NCBI GenBank assembly: GCA_022842645.1
Contig: JALHPE010000004.1
Location: forward strand, 8,557-72,556
Origin: Minisyncoccota bacterium
Lineage (GTDB): Bacteria; Patescibacteriota; Minisyncoccia; Phycocordibacterales; UBA2100
Direction of reading: 5' to 3'
Length of the DNA stretch: 64,000 nucleotides
The notes beneath the pieces are model-generated. The model was not told where the DNA came from and did no database searches. It saw only the letters and a list, made by a program, of their open reading frames with translations. Made by a program: the position numbers and the translations under genes. Position 1 is the first letter of the stretch, and every line of letters begins with the position of its first letter. Positions 9,992 through 20,674 of the stretch are shown one piece after another.

Positions 9992-10669
9992 CTACCGTTT
10001 TTGATAGAAATATTTGTTGGCCTCGGCATCGTGCTCAAAAAAAGCCACTTGTTCGCCAAAGTGCTCTTCAATTGCCTTGGTAGCTCCTGGCCACGCAGGT
10101 GTCTTGTATTCATCAAATAAAATATATCCGCCTTTTACCACACGCGGCTCAAGGACACGTAGCACATCTTTGTATGATTGGTAAAGGTCGACGTCAACGT
10201 GGAGGAGCGCAATATCATCATTAAAGTGCATAAACGTATCGGGGAAAAAACCAGGTACCAAATGGATATTCGCTTCGATAAATGCGTTGTTAATACCCGA
10301 ACGCCGCACAATGTGCTTGATATCATCAGGGCTTGTGCCCGACCATTCACCCTTACGGGGTGCGCGAGGACTCGTGTCATGAGTAGTAGGATCTGGAAAA
10401 CCTGCAAATGAATCAAACCCCCACACGTGACGCTCTGGACTAAGAGAGGCAAGATACGAAAAATAGAGAAACGTTCTTCCTCTCCCCACACCACATTCAA
10501 CAATCGCCCCTCTCGTATTCCCGAGCCTCTCGTACACCCGCGAGATATACCGCAAGGATCGCATTTGGCGCACATCTATGTGTATACCGTGCGACGGCAC
10601 TACGTCATACCCTGCGATTTTCGCGATTTTTTTTATACTTTGACGAAACATATTGATGAAGAATAGCAC
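9992..10669 (-). CDS. TylF/MycF/NovP-family O-methyltransferase
   Basis: IVECGV, GFDSFAGFP, ALLHVDVDLY, FDEY...WPGA. Confidence 0.85.
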   Translation of the reverse strand: MLFFINMFRQSIKKIAKIAGYDVVPSHGIHIDVRQMRSLRYISRVYERLGNTRGAIVECGVGRGRTFLYFSYLASLSPERHVWGFDSFAGFPDPTTHDTSPRAPRKGEWSGTSPDDIKHIVRRSGINNAFIEANIHLVPGFFPDTFMHFNDDIALLHVDVDLYQSYKDVLRVLEPRVVKGGYILFDEYKTPAWPGATKAIEEHFGEQVAFFEHDAEANKYFYQKR

Positions 10670-10684
10670 GTATGTTGTGTTTTA

Positions 10685-13153
10685 TTAGTCGCGCACGAGA
10701 CCAAGGAGTTTTAACACGCGCAATTCGTTATGCAGCCCTTGGTATTCAAAGCGCACCTGGTGCTTCCCTGCGGGCACATGTATTGCCATATACAGCCCAT
10801 TAGCTCGTACAAGCGAAGTCTCTGTGTCATTAATCCATGCACGCCAACCCGGAGTATACGCCTCGGAGAGCATCACATACCCTCCTTTGGTCTCCACTTC
10901 CATAGTATGTAACCCATTCTTGCTCGTGTAGTTTCGAATTATACCCCCCTGATGCGGGGCACATGGTTCGCAATCAAGGTATGCTTCACCCTCAAAATTA
11001 CGACGACTGGAAGATGCGTAGAGTGACGCAAAGCTTTCGTGGAACTCCCCATACACCACGCTCGGCATAAACACGCGCGGATAGGGGTTCTGCACTTCGT
11101 AAAGACGTAGCACGATTTCGTATTTCGTGACTCGCTCTGAGGCTCGGAACACGAGGCGAGGATGAGATAGTTCAACTCCAGAAATAACATATTTACCCCC
11201 CATCATTGCAAGAACCTCCACGTTCTGAAGTAATCGATCCGTACGTTCCGCGTATGTACCCGAACCATATCCCGCGTACAGTTCGCCCCCTGCCGCTTCG
11301 ACAGCAGTCAACATATCAACAGTCTGAAACTGATCGTACCCGTCGACACTGCCCATTGGGTGGTGCAGGTGATAATTGGGAACACCTGCACGCACCGTCA
11401 CCTCCTTCACCGCATCCATTTCAGGTCGCGAAAGCTTGTACTGCGGAGGAATAGCATTGCCCAGAGATGCATTCGCAAGAAACGAATAAAAACGATACTG
11501 CTGCATATCCTCCAAGCTCGCGTAATCAAGCGCAAGATGGGGTGCGGCTCCCGCCTGCGTCGGAAGATAAAAATGTTCGTAGCGAAGTATGGGAATCATG
11601 AGAACTGTTGCACACGAAATAACGAGTGCGGCGTACTTAAATTCTGATACTGTTACTTTGTTGCGCATAAGCGCAAGCATCGCAACAATTGAAAATCCGA
11701 GAATCGCCGTGGGAAGAAGAATACCTATATCAACGAAGCTCAACAGTTCATGATATGCAAAAAGAGCCCTCTCAAGCGCCTCGGCATAGTGAGCATCTCC
11801 CTTGGACATATCAAGAAAGTGGTACACGCCCAGGGTGCTTGCAAGCGCATGCCCCGTCTCTGCCATAAAGCGAATACTTCTCTCTGACAAGAAATTACTC
11901 CCTACAATAAGCCCTAGAAGGAGTGTGTAAGCCCCGAGCAGTACGTAGAGGCATATGCGCACTATTCTGTCTTTCAAAAACATCGCGATACGGTCAAATC
12001 CAAATGCACCAAGGAGCGCAAAAAAGAAGACGCCCACATACATAAACCGGTACGGGAACCTGAAGAGCTCGAAAAGAGGTAGTTTACTCAAAAGATAATA
12101 CAGGGGTGAATGTGCGACCGAGAAAAGTAAAAAAAGAATTGCCGTACACGCCACCGCCCCGAGACGGGATTCATCGAAAGGTATTTTCCGCTTACGCACA
12201 AAGCGGGTAACGACATACACACATGCCGTAACCGCAAGTAGCCCCCATAGCGTGCCCACGTAGAGTGGCTTTCGTCCCGCGGTGATATACGGAATATAAA
12301 AATGATCGGGAACCGCTATGAGCGTAAAATCTCCCAACTCAATAACTTTTCTCGTAGCGTCCGCATACGATGCGACCTCCGATCGAGCGCTCAGCGGTAA
12401 GAGTGAAAGTGCCGGTAGTATGAATGGTAACCCCACCACAACACCACATATAATGCCCACGAGCGGTGCAATACTCTTTGATGCAAGCGAACGAACAGAT
12501 TCAACGCGCTCTAAAAAGATGCGTATGCCTGCATACAGAGAAGCGGCAAGGAGCGCATACAGCACAATTTGTGTATACCCGGCAAGTAAGGTGCTCCCAA
12601 CACTGAGCGCAAGAAGTGCCACAATCGTGCGCCTCCTGAGAGTGAGGTCAAGCACGCCATTTACCACGTAGATAAGCAGTGGGATGAGAAACAATGTATT
12701 AGTAATTATCGGATTCGAAAGAAAACGCGTATGAAATGCTATCAGGAAACTTGGACCCACAAGTGCAGATGCGGTACGAGAAAGTCCGAAAGAGCGGGCG
12801 GCAAGATACGAGAACACAAACGTGAGAACGATGTCAAAAAAAAGACGAATGTGTGTTCCGGTAAACCCATCAAAAATACTAAAGATGAGTATATTGAGGG
12901 GGTCAAGAAATCCCGCAACCTGGCTTGCATACGCCGGAAAGCCCGAGAATATTCCAGGTACCCACAAAAAAGATTGTCCCGACTGGAGAGCTCGGGCATA
13001 GAATTCAAAAAGTGGATAGTAATATAAAGCAGCATCGTGGTCGGTAATATGCATTGCATAACCCAAGAACCCCGGCGCAACCCACACAAGACCCAGACCT
13101 ACGAAAGCGGCGGCGAGCTTGACCTGAGTATTATTCCAGAGTTGCATGAACAC
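10685..13153 (-). CDS. YfhO-family membrane protein (GT-C-like)
   Basis: LW.P....GFP early motif, FRFPYRF, C-terminal YTPGWRA...ANG...VPAGKH. Confidence 0.8.
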   Translation of the reverse strand: MFMQLWNNTQVKLAAAFVGLGLVWVAPGFLGYAMHITDHDAALYYYPLFEFYARALQSGQSFLWVPGIFSGFPAYASQVAGFLDPLNILIFSIFDGFTGTHIRLFFDIVLTFVFSYLAARSFGLSRTASALVGPSFLIAFHTRFLSNPIITNTLFLIPLLIYVVNGVLDLTLRRRTIVALLALSVGSTLLAGYTQIVLYALLAASLYAGIRIFLERVESVRSLASKSIAPLVGIICGVVVGLPFILPALSLLPLSARSEVASYADATRKVIELGDFTLIAVPDHFYIPYITAGRKPLYVGTLWGLLAVTACVYVVTRFVRKRKIPFDESRLGAVACTAILFLLFSVAHSPLYYLLSKLPLFELFRFPYRFMYVGVFFFALLGAFGFDRIAMFLKDRIVRICLYVLLGAYTLLLGLIVGSNFLSERSIRFMAETGHALASTLGVYHFLDMSKGDAHYAEALERALFAYHELLSFVDIGILLPTAILGFSIVAMLALMRNKVTVSEFKYAALVISCATVLMIPILRYEHFYLPTQAGAAPHLALDYASLEDMQQYRFYSFLANASLGNAIPPQYKLSRPEMDAVKEVTVRAGVPNYHLHHPMGSVDGYDQFQTVDMLTAVEAAGGELYAGYGSGTYAERTDRLLQNVEVLAMMGGKYVISGVELSHPRLVFRASERVTKYEIVLRLYEVQNPYPRVFMPSVVYGEFHESFASLYASSSRRNFEGEAYLDCEPCAPHQGGIIRNYTSKNGLHTMEVETKGGYVMLSEAYTPGWRAWINDTETSLVRANGLYMAIHVPAGKHQVRFEYQGLHNELRVLKLLGLVRD

Positions 13154-14474
13154 GATCGTACCACCATATTGCGGCCATTACCGCAACAAACAACAAAAAT
13201 CCCTCTATTGGTACCCGGTACCGAGCGTTCGAGACAGGTCCCGTGAGAAGTGCAAAATATACGACGAGCGCTGAGAGAAAGAGTAGTGACGACCATTCCC
13301 GCCGCATGATTGACCGCATTGTCTCGAAACCAAAAAGAAGCGTTACCACCCCCCAAAACCCGGTACCTACCAAAAACAAAGTGACCGCCAATCCCCCACC
13401 CATCACATACGTGACCAAAAGTGGAAAATCAAGGCGCATGAGTGCTGTTGATATGTTAGGGATTGCACCAACATCGACGCCAAACAGGCGAATAGTGTCG
13501 CGTAGTCCATCGGTTACAAAAAAAGGAATTGTTTTCACGAGGTGAAAGAACGTATAGGACAGCTCCTTCCCACGGATGATTTCGCGAAATGTCTCGGTAA
13601 ATACGCTGTTTCTCGTGAGCGAAAGTGCCTCTTCTCGCGGCAATGCCGCTTGTTCGTTTCGAAATGAATCGAGGAGAGCTTCTGATTTTTCATCACTATG
13701 CCATTTTAAGAATTCCGGAGCATTGTACAGCATAAGATTCGCCGCGCCGACAGAGGAGATACTCCATGAGTCGAATGTAATATGGTTGCGGTACATCCAT
13801 GGACCTATAACTAGGAGTGAGGACGTGCACAAGAGGCTTGCGGCAATAATGCTTGTTCTCGAAAATGTTCCCATCGCAAGAAGATAGGCGCTGTATACCA
13901 ATGGCAAGAATATGGCGATGGGACGCACGAGTATAGCGATTCCGAGAAGGATCCCACTCGCAAGTACCGCACGATACGAGTGTGACGTGTGCATCAGGCA
14001 GAGCAATGACGCTAAGAACACTACCGTAAAAAACGCATCCGACAGAAAAGATGCCGAAAGATATAAGCGCACCGGCTCACAAGCAAACAGGATCGAAGCC
14101 CAAAATGCGGCTCGTTCATGAAAGGGGCGCACGAGTAGATAGAGCAACATAGGAGCACTACTTACGATTAGCGCGTGTACAAAAAGCGCAGCATACGAAA
14201 CACCGACGATACTGAATATAAGCGCGAGAAACGCTGGATAGCCGGGGGCGCGGAAGCTTTCTGGATAAAATGGCGCGCTCGTTGCTACGGAAAATACCCC
14301 GTGAGCTCGCATATTTTCGGCAAGAAGCACGTATCCCTTACTATCTCCCGTGAGGTGAAGCGGATTGAGTCCCTGCTTTTCTGCAAAAATAATAAGTGCC
14401 GCACATGCCGCAAGCGTCACAGCAACCGAAACGAGAGCGACAATGCGAAATCGTTTTTCGTGTATGATATTCAT
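13131..14474 (-). CDS. ArnT/PMT-like GT-C glycosyltransferase
   Basis: DS..Y..LA.N, RAPGYP.FLA, L.RP, ARYR.P; polytopic. Confidence 0.8.
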   Translation of the reverse strand: MNIIHEKRFRIVALVSVAVTLAACAALIIFAEKQGLNPLHLTGDSKGYVLLAENMRAHGVFSVATSAPFYPESFRAPGYPAFLALIFSIVGVSYAALFVHALIVSSAPMLLYLLVRPFHERAAFWASILFACEPVRLYLSASFLSDAFFTVVFLASLLCLMHTSHSYRAVLASGILLGIAILVRPIAIFLPLVYSAYLLAMGTFSRTSIIAASLLCTSSLLVIGPWMYRNHITFDSWSISSVGAANLMLYNAPEFLKWHSDEKSEALLDSFRNEQAALPREEALSLTRNSVFTETFREIIRGKELSYTFFHLVKTIPFFVTDGLRDTIRLFGVDVGAIPNISTALMRLDFPLLVTYVMGGGLAVTLFLVGTGFWGVVTLLFGFETMRSIMRREWSSLLFLSALVVYFALLTGPVSNARYRVPIEGFLLFVAVMAAIWWYDRVHATLE

Positions 14475-15196
14475 GACTTTTGCACAACCGCAACAAGCGA
14501 GACCCCATATGGAAGCGGTGTGAATCGTAGGAGAAATCGTTCGCTACCAAAGAGTGACGCAAGGATGGGATTCAAAAAGCCGGGTGATTTGTTGAAATCG
14601 TTTCCCGCTTCTTTCCAACGCAGCTTCCCGAAAAGTCGCACCAGTGCGATAAGCGGAAATAAGAAAAAGTTGTAATAACTTAGCACACGCACTGTGAGTC
14701 CCGCCTCCTGAAAAAGCTTTTGCAGCTCGCGCTTGCGATAACGCCTGAAATGGTGTGCACGCTCATCGTGAGAGGTCCATAAAAACTGAAACGCGGGCAC
14801 CGTAATAACGGCTACGCCGCCCTTGTTAAGGATACGGTGCACATCCCTAAGTGCTGCACTATCGTCTTCTAAGTGTTCTACTACGTCGAGAAGCGTTACC
14901 ACATCGTAAGTACCGGAAGGAATTTCTGATGAGGGAAATACTGACTGCACAATAGCGACCTGAGGAACTGCTTCTTTCGCAAAGAGAATGGCGTCCGGCG
15001 ATGGTTCGAGGCCATGCACATCATAACCCTGATCACAAAAAGCCTTTGCATTGAACCCTGTGCCGAGCCCAATATCCAGCAACTTCCCCTTTGGCGCGTA
15101 GTGACGCATGAGATCAAAAACGACGGCACGGCGCCCCTGAAACCACCAATGGTTCTTTTCAAGCTCGGCCATCTCCGCATACATGCTTTTCTCCAT
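14471..15196 (-). CDS. Class I SAM-dependent methyltransferase
   Basis: E..HWWF.GRR, LLDIGLGTG, DVVEHLEDD, H.RRY. Confidence 0.85.
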   Translation of the reverse strand: MEKSMYAEMAELEKNHWWFQGRRAVVFDLMRHYAPKGKLLDIGLGTGFNAKAFCDQGYDVHGLEPSPDAILFAKEAVPQVAIVQSVFPSSEIPSGTYDVVTLLDVVEHLEDDSAALRDVHRILNKGGVAVITVPAFQFLWTSHDERAHHFRRYRKRELQKLFQEAGLTVRVLSYYNFFLFPLIALVRLFGKLRWKEAGNDFNKSPGFLNPILASLFGSERFLLRFTPLPYGVSLVAVVQKS

Positions 15197-15199
15197 ACG

Positions 15200-15955
15200 T
15201 TAATTATACTTTCCTTGCAGGAAGCGGATAGCTATAAAAAACATGCCTTTGAGCGAACGAAAAGTGTCGCGAACGGGATGCACACGTGAATCCGGATCAT
15301 CTGTCCAGGTAACTGGTAGCTCGATAAAATGATGTCCGCGTATTTTTGTAACGAATACCTTTTCTGCCTCTGCGACATAAAAATGATCAAATTGGTGCAT
15401 GAAGATGTCGTGCGCCGCTTCTCGGCGGTACATTTTGAATCCGAGTGTAAAATCGGTCGTAGACCACATCCAGAATTGCACGCGTGCCAGAAACAAAAAT
15501 CCGTATCCTAAGAACACGCGAAGTAATGGTTGCCAGAGCACGATGCGTGATTCTGGCAACTCACGACTCCCAAAAATCACTTCCAGTTCAGGATGCTCTC
15601 GCAACTGCTTCACAAAACGAGGAATGGCTTCATCTGCAACTGAACCATCTGAGTCCGTCTCCAGGATGAGAGCGCCGCGCGCCTCAAATATACCCTTCTT
15701 CACGGTAGCACCACGACCTCGATTTACACCATCGCTCATGACACGAATCTCGGGATACCGCCCTTTCGCAAGAGCCTCTACGGTCGTGACAGTTGCATCC
15801 TTACTTCCATCATCCATGATGAGCATCTCAAACAAAATACCTTCTGAACGAAGATAGGGAATGGTGCGCTCGAGCATTTTTGGCAGTCGTTGTTCCTCGT
15901 TGTATGCCGGGACAACAATCGAGAGCTCGAGGGGAGTGGGATTTTGCATACCCAC
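15200..15955 (-). CDS. GT2 polyprenyl-phosphate glycosyltransferase (dolichyl-P beta-glucosyltransferase-like)
   Basis: SIVVPAYNE, DDGSKD, N.GRG, DSD, D...GFK. Confidence 0.85.
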   Translation of the reverse strand: MGMQNPTPLELSIVVPAYNEEQRLPKMLERTIPYLRSEGILFEMLIMDDGSKDATVTTVEALAKGRYPEIRVMSDGVNRGRGATVKKGIFEARGALILETDSDGSVADEAIPRFVKQLREHPELEVIFGSRELPESRIVLWQPLLRVFLGYGFLFLARVQFWMWSTTDFTLGFKMYRREAAHDIFMHQFDHFYVAEAEKVFVTKIRGHHFIELPVTWTDDPDSRVHPVRDTFRSLKGMFFIAIRFLQGKYN

Positions 15956-15972
15956 ATACTATACTTAATTCT

Positions 15973-16416
15973 ATGACAAACGACATTGCGACAGCACCCG
16001 AGGGCGAAACTAGTCCCGCAGTTTCCCTTATAGGCTCAGAACACACCCATGAATTTGTCCGCTACCTCCTTGCCTCCGTACTTGCTCTCGCAGCTGATGT
16101 GAGTGCACTCTTCCTCCTTACTAGTGTCGCAGGTATATCGTATCTCCTCTCCGGGGCGCTTGCCTTCACCTTGGGTCTTGTGGTCATATATCTCCTCAGC
16201 ACCCGTTGGGTATTTACAACGCGAAGCATGCAAAGTCCGCTCGCTGAATTTGGGATATTCGCAGGTATTGGCCTCGTTGGTCTTGCCTTGAATGCATTGG
16301 TGCTCTGGATATTAACGGGATGGCTTGGCGTCTTTTACCTTATTTCCAAATTCGCAAGCATAGTACTCGTATTTGCCTGGAACTTTTCTGCTCGTAAGTG
16401 GATGTTGTTTCATTGA
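15973..16416 (+). CDS. GtrA-family protein
   Basis: EFVRY, four hydrophobic segments, RWVF, WNF...KW.LF. Confidence 0.85.
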   Translation: MTNDIATAPEGETSPAVSLIGSEHTHEFVRYLLASVLALAADVSALFLLTSVAGISYLLSGALAFTLGLVVIYLLSTRWVFTTRSMQSPLAEFGIFAGIGLVGLALNALVLWILTGWLGVFYLISKFASIVLVFAWNFSARKWMLFH

Positions 16417-16478
16417 CAAAATCAATAATTTGTATCACAATGATCCTGGAAAGGTACGTTTAGCGAAAGGAGGCAGCG

Positions 16479-16991
16479 GTGCCGAAGTATATTCTTCCTC
16501 TCCTGAAGAGCCCAAACCCAGCTGGACGAGTGGGCCCCAGAAGGTGGCAAGATTGGTACGTTTCTTGTTACCGAGCGACACTTTTGGCTCAGGGCAGCAA
16601 TACGATAGTTCTCGTAGTAAGCGGCTTCATTGAGTCTCATTTCGACGAAGCGGAGTGCTACAAGAAAGCGCTTGAGGAGTCGGGCGTCGCGAATATTGTT
16701 CTCATCCGCGAAGGCATGGAAACAATCGGGCAACTGGAGTCAGCACTCGGAAGGCTGAATTGGGATGACTCACTCACCGTGATCGCGTCTCTTCCGCATT
16801 GGCCGCGAGTGTGGTGGCTTACCCACCACGACGCGCGAGTGCAAAGACAAATAGTCGTCGGTATACCACGCCCGAAAGAGCTCGTGACCGATCTTATCTT
16901 AGCCATCGCATTTCCGATGATCGACTCTATCGGCCTCAGAGGCTGGTGGCTCGGACGTATCGAGTCAAAACGTGCGAAAGGAAAAATATGA
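16479..16991 (+). CDS. Hypothetical protein, YdcF/DUF218-like
   Basis: VSG...EA, E..ET, S..H.PR pattern; GTG start preceded by AAGGAGG and TTGACA-17-CACAAT. Confidence 0.5.
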   Translation: MPKYILPLLKSPNPAGRVGPRRWQDWYVSCYRATLLAQGSNTIVLVVSGFIESHFDEAECYKKALEESGVANIVLIREGMETIGQLESALGRLNWDDSLTVIASLPHWPRVWWLTHHDARVQRQIVVGIPRPKELVTDLILAIAFPMIDSIGLRGWWLGRIESKRAKGKI

Positions 16992-17080
16992 CCTAGAAAT
17001 ACTGGATTACTCTAAGGCTGTGCGCACATGCGCACAGCCTCTTCTTTCGTTCGCTGTCTCTGTTATGATGGCGCAACTAT

Positions 17081-18637
17081 ATGGCACAGAAGACCGCACT
17101 CATTATAGGTGCTGGCCCCGCAGGACTTACGGCGGCACTCGAATTGTTGCGAAAGACGGATATTCACCCGATCGTCGTTGAGGCAGACCCAGAATACGTG
17201 GGGGGAATTTCACGCACCGTAAATTACAAAGGCAACCGCATTGATATTGGTGGACACCGATTCTTTTCAAAATCGGATCGTGTTATGCAGTGGTGGTCAG
17301 AGATATTGCCAGTGCGCATTGTTCAAGAAGGGAGTATGGATATCACCTACCAACGCACCACACGTGCGCTGACCCAAGGTCTGAAACGGGCCACGGAAGC
17401 AGACGGTGACAACGTGATGCATGTCCGCCCCCGTAAAACACGCATTATTTACGGAGGTAAATTCTTCGCGTATCCAGTCGAACTTTCTCTCGACACCCTG
17501 CGAAAATTAGGATTGGTCAAAGTGGTGCGGATTGGAATCACCTATATGCGCGCAGTTGTGTTCCCCATTCGTCCCGAAAAAACTCTTGAAGATTTCTTTC
17601 TTAATCGATTTGGACGAGAACTCTACGAAACATTTTTTAAATCCTATACAGAGAAAGTCTGGGGAACGACGTGCGACACCATGTCTGCTGAATGGGGTGC
17701 GCAACGAGTCAAAGGTCTTTCAATCACCAAGGCGATTAGTCACGCAGTAAAAAAGATTGTGCGCGCCGGGGCGCTTTCGGGTAAGGGAGTCGAAACCTCG
17801 CTCATCGAGCAATATCTCTACCCCACCTATGGGCCAGGACAAATGTGGGAGACGGTTGCGGATCATGTACGCGAAAAAGGGGGCGATATACGCATGGGCA
17901 CACGGGCTATCTCTATCCACATAGACCACAACCGTGCGACGACTGTCACACTTGAACATGACGGAGAACGTAAGATCGAAGCGATTGATTACGTCTTTTC
18001 TACAACGGATGTGCAAAACCTTGTGCGCATTATCGAACCTGCGGCACCTTTGCATGTGTCTGCAGTATCGTCCGAGTTGCACTATCGGGATTTTCTTACC
18101 GTTGGCCTCTTAATGCAGGAAAAACTCAAGGATCCTGATGGTTCGCCTATGACTGATACGTGGATGTATGTGCATGAAAAAAATGTGCACGTTGGTCGTG
18201 TACAACTCTTTCATAACTGGCATCCAAAACTTGTGGCTAATCCTGCTCATGGATGGATTGGTCTTGAATACTTTGTAAACGAGGGTGATCATCTATGGAA
18301 CATGGATGATCAGGCTCTTATCACGCTTGGTACAGACGAGCTTGAGAAAATCGGTCTTCGTCAAGGCATTCCGATTATTGACGGCACCGTGATACGACAA
18401 CCAAAAGCATACCCAGGCTATTTTGGTGCCTACACCGAATTTCCTCAGATTCGCGCCTATCTTGATACCATCGAAAATCTCTTCCCTATCGGTAGAAACG
18501 GCATGCATCGGTATAACAATCAAGATCACTCTATGCTCGCCGCCATAGAGGCAGTAGCTATCATTGCGACGGAGGCAACGGACAAAACACGCCTATGGGC
18601 AATCAACACTGAAGAAGAATATCACGAGACCAAGTGA
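17081..18637 (+). CDS. NAD(P)/FAD-dependent oxidoreductase (protoporphyrinogen oxidase/UDP-galactopyranose mutase-like family of glycan loci)
   Basis: [41 protein letters not shown]. Confidence 0.8.
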   Translation: MAQKTALIIGAGPAGLTAALELLRKTDIHPIVVEADPEYVGGISRTVNYKGNRIDIGGHRFFSKSDRVMQWWSEILPVRIVQEGSMDITYQRTTRALTQGLKRATEADGDNVMHVRPRKTRIIYGGKFFAYPVELSLDTLRKLGLVKVVRIGITYMRAVVFPIRPEKTLEDFFLNRFGRELYETFFKSYTEKVWGTTCDTMSAEWGAQRVKGLSITKAISHAVKKIVRAGALSGKGVETSLIEQYLYPTYGPGQMWETVADHVREKGGDIRMGTRAISIHIDHNRATTVTLEHDGERKIEAIDYVFSTTDVQNLVRIIEPAAPLHVSAVSSELHYRDFLTVGLLMQEKLKDPDGSPMTDTWMYVHEKNVHVGRVQLFHNWHPKLVANPAHGWIGLEYFVNEGDHLWNMDDQALITLGTDELEKIGLRQGIPIIDGTVIRQPKAYPGYFGAYTEFPQIRAYLDTIENLFPIGRNGMHRYNNQDHSMLAAIEAVAIIATEATDKTRLWAINTEEEYHETK

Positions 18638-18639
18638 GG

Positions 18640-19506
18640 TTAGATGTTTATGTGTGCTGCCGCATTGGATTGACGCTGCTCGAGCTCATTAATAAGGCCC
18701 ACGATTGTGACTCCCAGAGCGAGAGATTCGTCTTCCTTTCTTTTTGAACGAATCGCCTCAAGAAAATGGGTGATTTCTTTTGTAAGCGGCAAGGCAACGT
18801 CGTATGCAGGGTACGAAACAACATCATTACAGATGAGCGTGAGTTTTCTCTCTTTTGCCACATCGTCGAACATCAGTGTTCCATGTTCTCCGTAGAATAC
18901 GAGAGTAGTACGCTTTACGGGAGAAAGCCAGCTCATATAAGAGAACATTGTTGTGGTGCCCCACTGAAAACGTGTTACCGCTGCCTCAGTAAGGCCTGTG
19001 GGCGTTTTTGCTAGACTCCAGGCACGCATATCTGAAGGCTCGCCCCCAAAAAGCGTGTATGCAATAGAAAGCGTGTGGGGGAGGCAGTCCCACAACACGG
19101 ACGAATCGGTGCGTGGAAGAGCATAAAGATGCTCAAATGACGCGAGACGAATTGAGCCGAGACTTGGCATATGATCGCGCATGGCGAGAAGTGCGGGATT
19201 GTGCGTATGAATATGCCCCACTTGCACGAATGTAGTATGTTCTTCAGCCGCTTTTTGAATTGCATGTGCATCAACGAAAGACGTTGCAAGCGGCTTTTCT
19301 ATGAAGGTTGGGATGCCCTTCCTAATATACGGGAGTGCGACGTGCGCATGAGTTGCGCTCGGCGTTGCAATCATGACTCCGTCGACCGTGAAATCACTTT
19401 CCCCTTTTTCAATGAGGACGACCTCCATGTTCGGAAGTGTACGCAGTGTTTTCTCGATAATGGTTCCCCAATGCCCGTGTCCAACGAGGCCAATTCTGAG
19501 ACTCAT
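18640..19506 (-). CDS. Gfo/Idh/MocA oxidoreductase
   Basis: IGLVGHGHWG, IATP..TH, EKP; start moved to ATG 19506. Confidence 0.85.
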   Translation of the reverse strand: MSLRIGLVGHGHWGTIIEKTLRTLPNMEVVLIEKGESDFTVDGVMIATPSATHAHVALPYIRKGIPTFIEKPLATSFVDAHAIQKAAEEHTTFVQVGHIHTHNPALLAMRDHMPSLGSIRLASFEHLYALPRTDSSVLWDCLPHTLSIAYTLFGGEPSDMRAWSLAKTPTGLTEAAVTRFQWGTTTMFSYMSWLSPVKRTTLVFYGEHGTLMFDDVAKERKLTLICNDVVSYPAYDVALPLTKEITHFLEAIRSKRKEDESLALGVTIVGLINELEQRQSNAAAHINI

Positions 19507-19510
19507 GCCC

Positions 19511-20659
19511 CTATCGTACCGCATCACGATAGCTCTCTTCTGCTTTTGCCCACTCCACAAACCGCTTGAGACCCTCATGCAGATCTACAGTCGCGCTATA
19601 TCCAAGGTCTTTTTCCGCCTTTGCAAGATCGGGGCACCGACGCTGTGGCTCGCCTGCGGGGTAGGTATCTGGATAATCGATCAACGAGTGGCGCGCGCCT
19701 GGCACGACTTTGCGAAAGAGTTCCGCTAATTCGCGCATTGCAATTTCGTTTTCAGCATTACCAATGTTGTAAGCATGCCCTGATGTGCCGCGAAGGAGCA
19801 CCTGTAGGAAGCCCGTAATCGCATCTGAAATGTAGCAAAACGTACGCGTCTGGTGTCCATCGCCATGCACAGGAATCTCTCGTTTGTTTAGTGCCTGGTA
19901 GGTAAACATGGGGATCACGCGACGATCGTTATGCCCCATACCGGGACCAAATACGTTGAAAGGTCGTACGATCTTTGCGGGAACCTGGTGACGATCATGG
20001 TAAATAGTTACCAAGGTCTCACCGAGACGCTTTGATTCGTCGTAGCAGGCGCGAGGACCAACGCTGGAAACATACCCATGGTAGGTCTCCGGCGTAGGCA
20101 CCGCTTTGGGATCCGGATCGCCGTAAATCTCGCTTGATGAAAAGAAGAGGAAGCTTTCAAGCTTTGGATTCTTCCGAGCAAGTTCGAGTAGGTTGCGTGT
20201 TCCATGTACCGCACTCTCGATTGTTTCGATTGGATGCTTCATGTAGTAGACAGGCGAGGCGACGCCGGCGGCATGAATGATGAAATCAATGTCTTGTCGA
20301 AGTGGAAGCGGGTGGGTAACGTCTGCCCACACATGGAGAATATGAGGATCTCCCGCAGCGCCTGCGCGATGCGCCTTTGCATCTCCGGTAATAAAGTTAT
20401 CAACTGAGATGAGTGTGCAAGGCTCTGAGAGCACCTCTGCGTTCAAACGCTTCACGAGCGCAGTGATATGGCGACCAAGAAATCCAGCGCCTCCTGAAAG
20501 CAGTACTGTTTTCCCGGAGAAGCGATGAACGTCTTTGCCAAGTTTTCGGATTATTTCTGCTGTGTCATCGAAGCGCGAACCGGCACGCATCGCCGCTTTT
20601 CGCACAGGCTTTTTAGTTTTTTTCTTACTTGCCGAGTGTGGTGTCTTTTTCTTTTTCAT
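19511..20659 (-). CDS. UDP-glucuronate decarboxylase-like SDR
   Basis: GGAGFLG, ASP..Y, SSEIYGDP, GPRACYDESKR, QTRTFCY. Confidence 0.85.
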   Translation of the reverse strand: MKKKKTPHSASKKKTKKPVRKAAMRAGSRFDDTAEIIRKLGKDVHRFSGKTVLLSGGAGFLGRHITALVKRLNAEVLSEPCTLISVDNFITGDAKAHRAGAAGDPHILHVWADVTHPLPLRQDIDFIIHAAGVASPVYYMKHPIETIESAVHGTRNLLELARKNPKLESFLFFSSSEIYGDPDPKAVPTPETYHGYVSSVGPRACYDESKRLGETLVTIYHDRHQVPAKIVRPFNVFGPGMGHNDRRVIPMFTYQALNKREIPVHGDGHQTRTFCYISDAITGFLQVLLRGTSGHAYNIGNAENEIAMRELAELFRKVVPGARHSLIDYPDTYPAGEPQRRCPDLAKAEKDLGYSATVDLHEGLKRFVEWAKAEESYRDAVR

Positions 20660-20674
20660 ACACGATGGCCTGCC

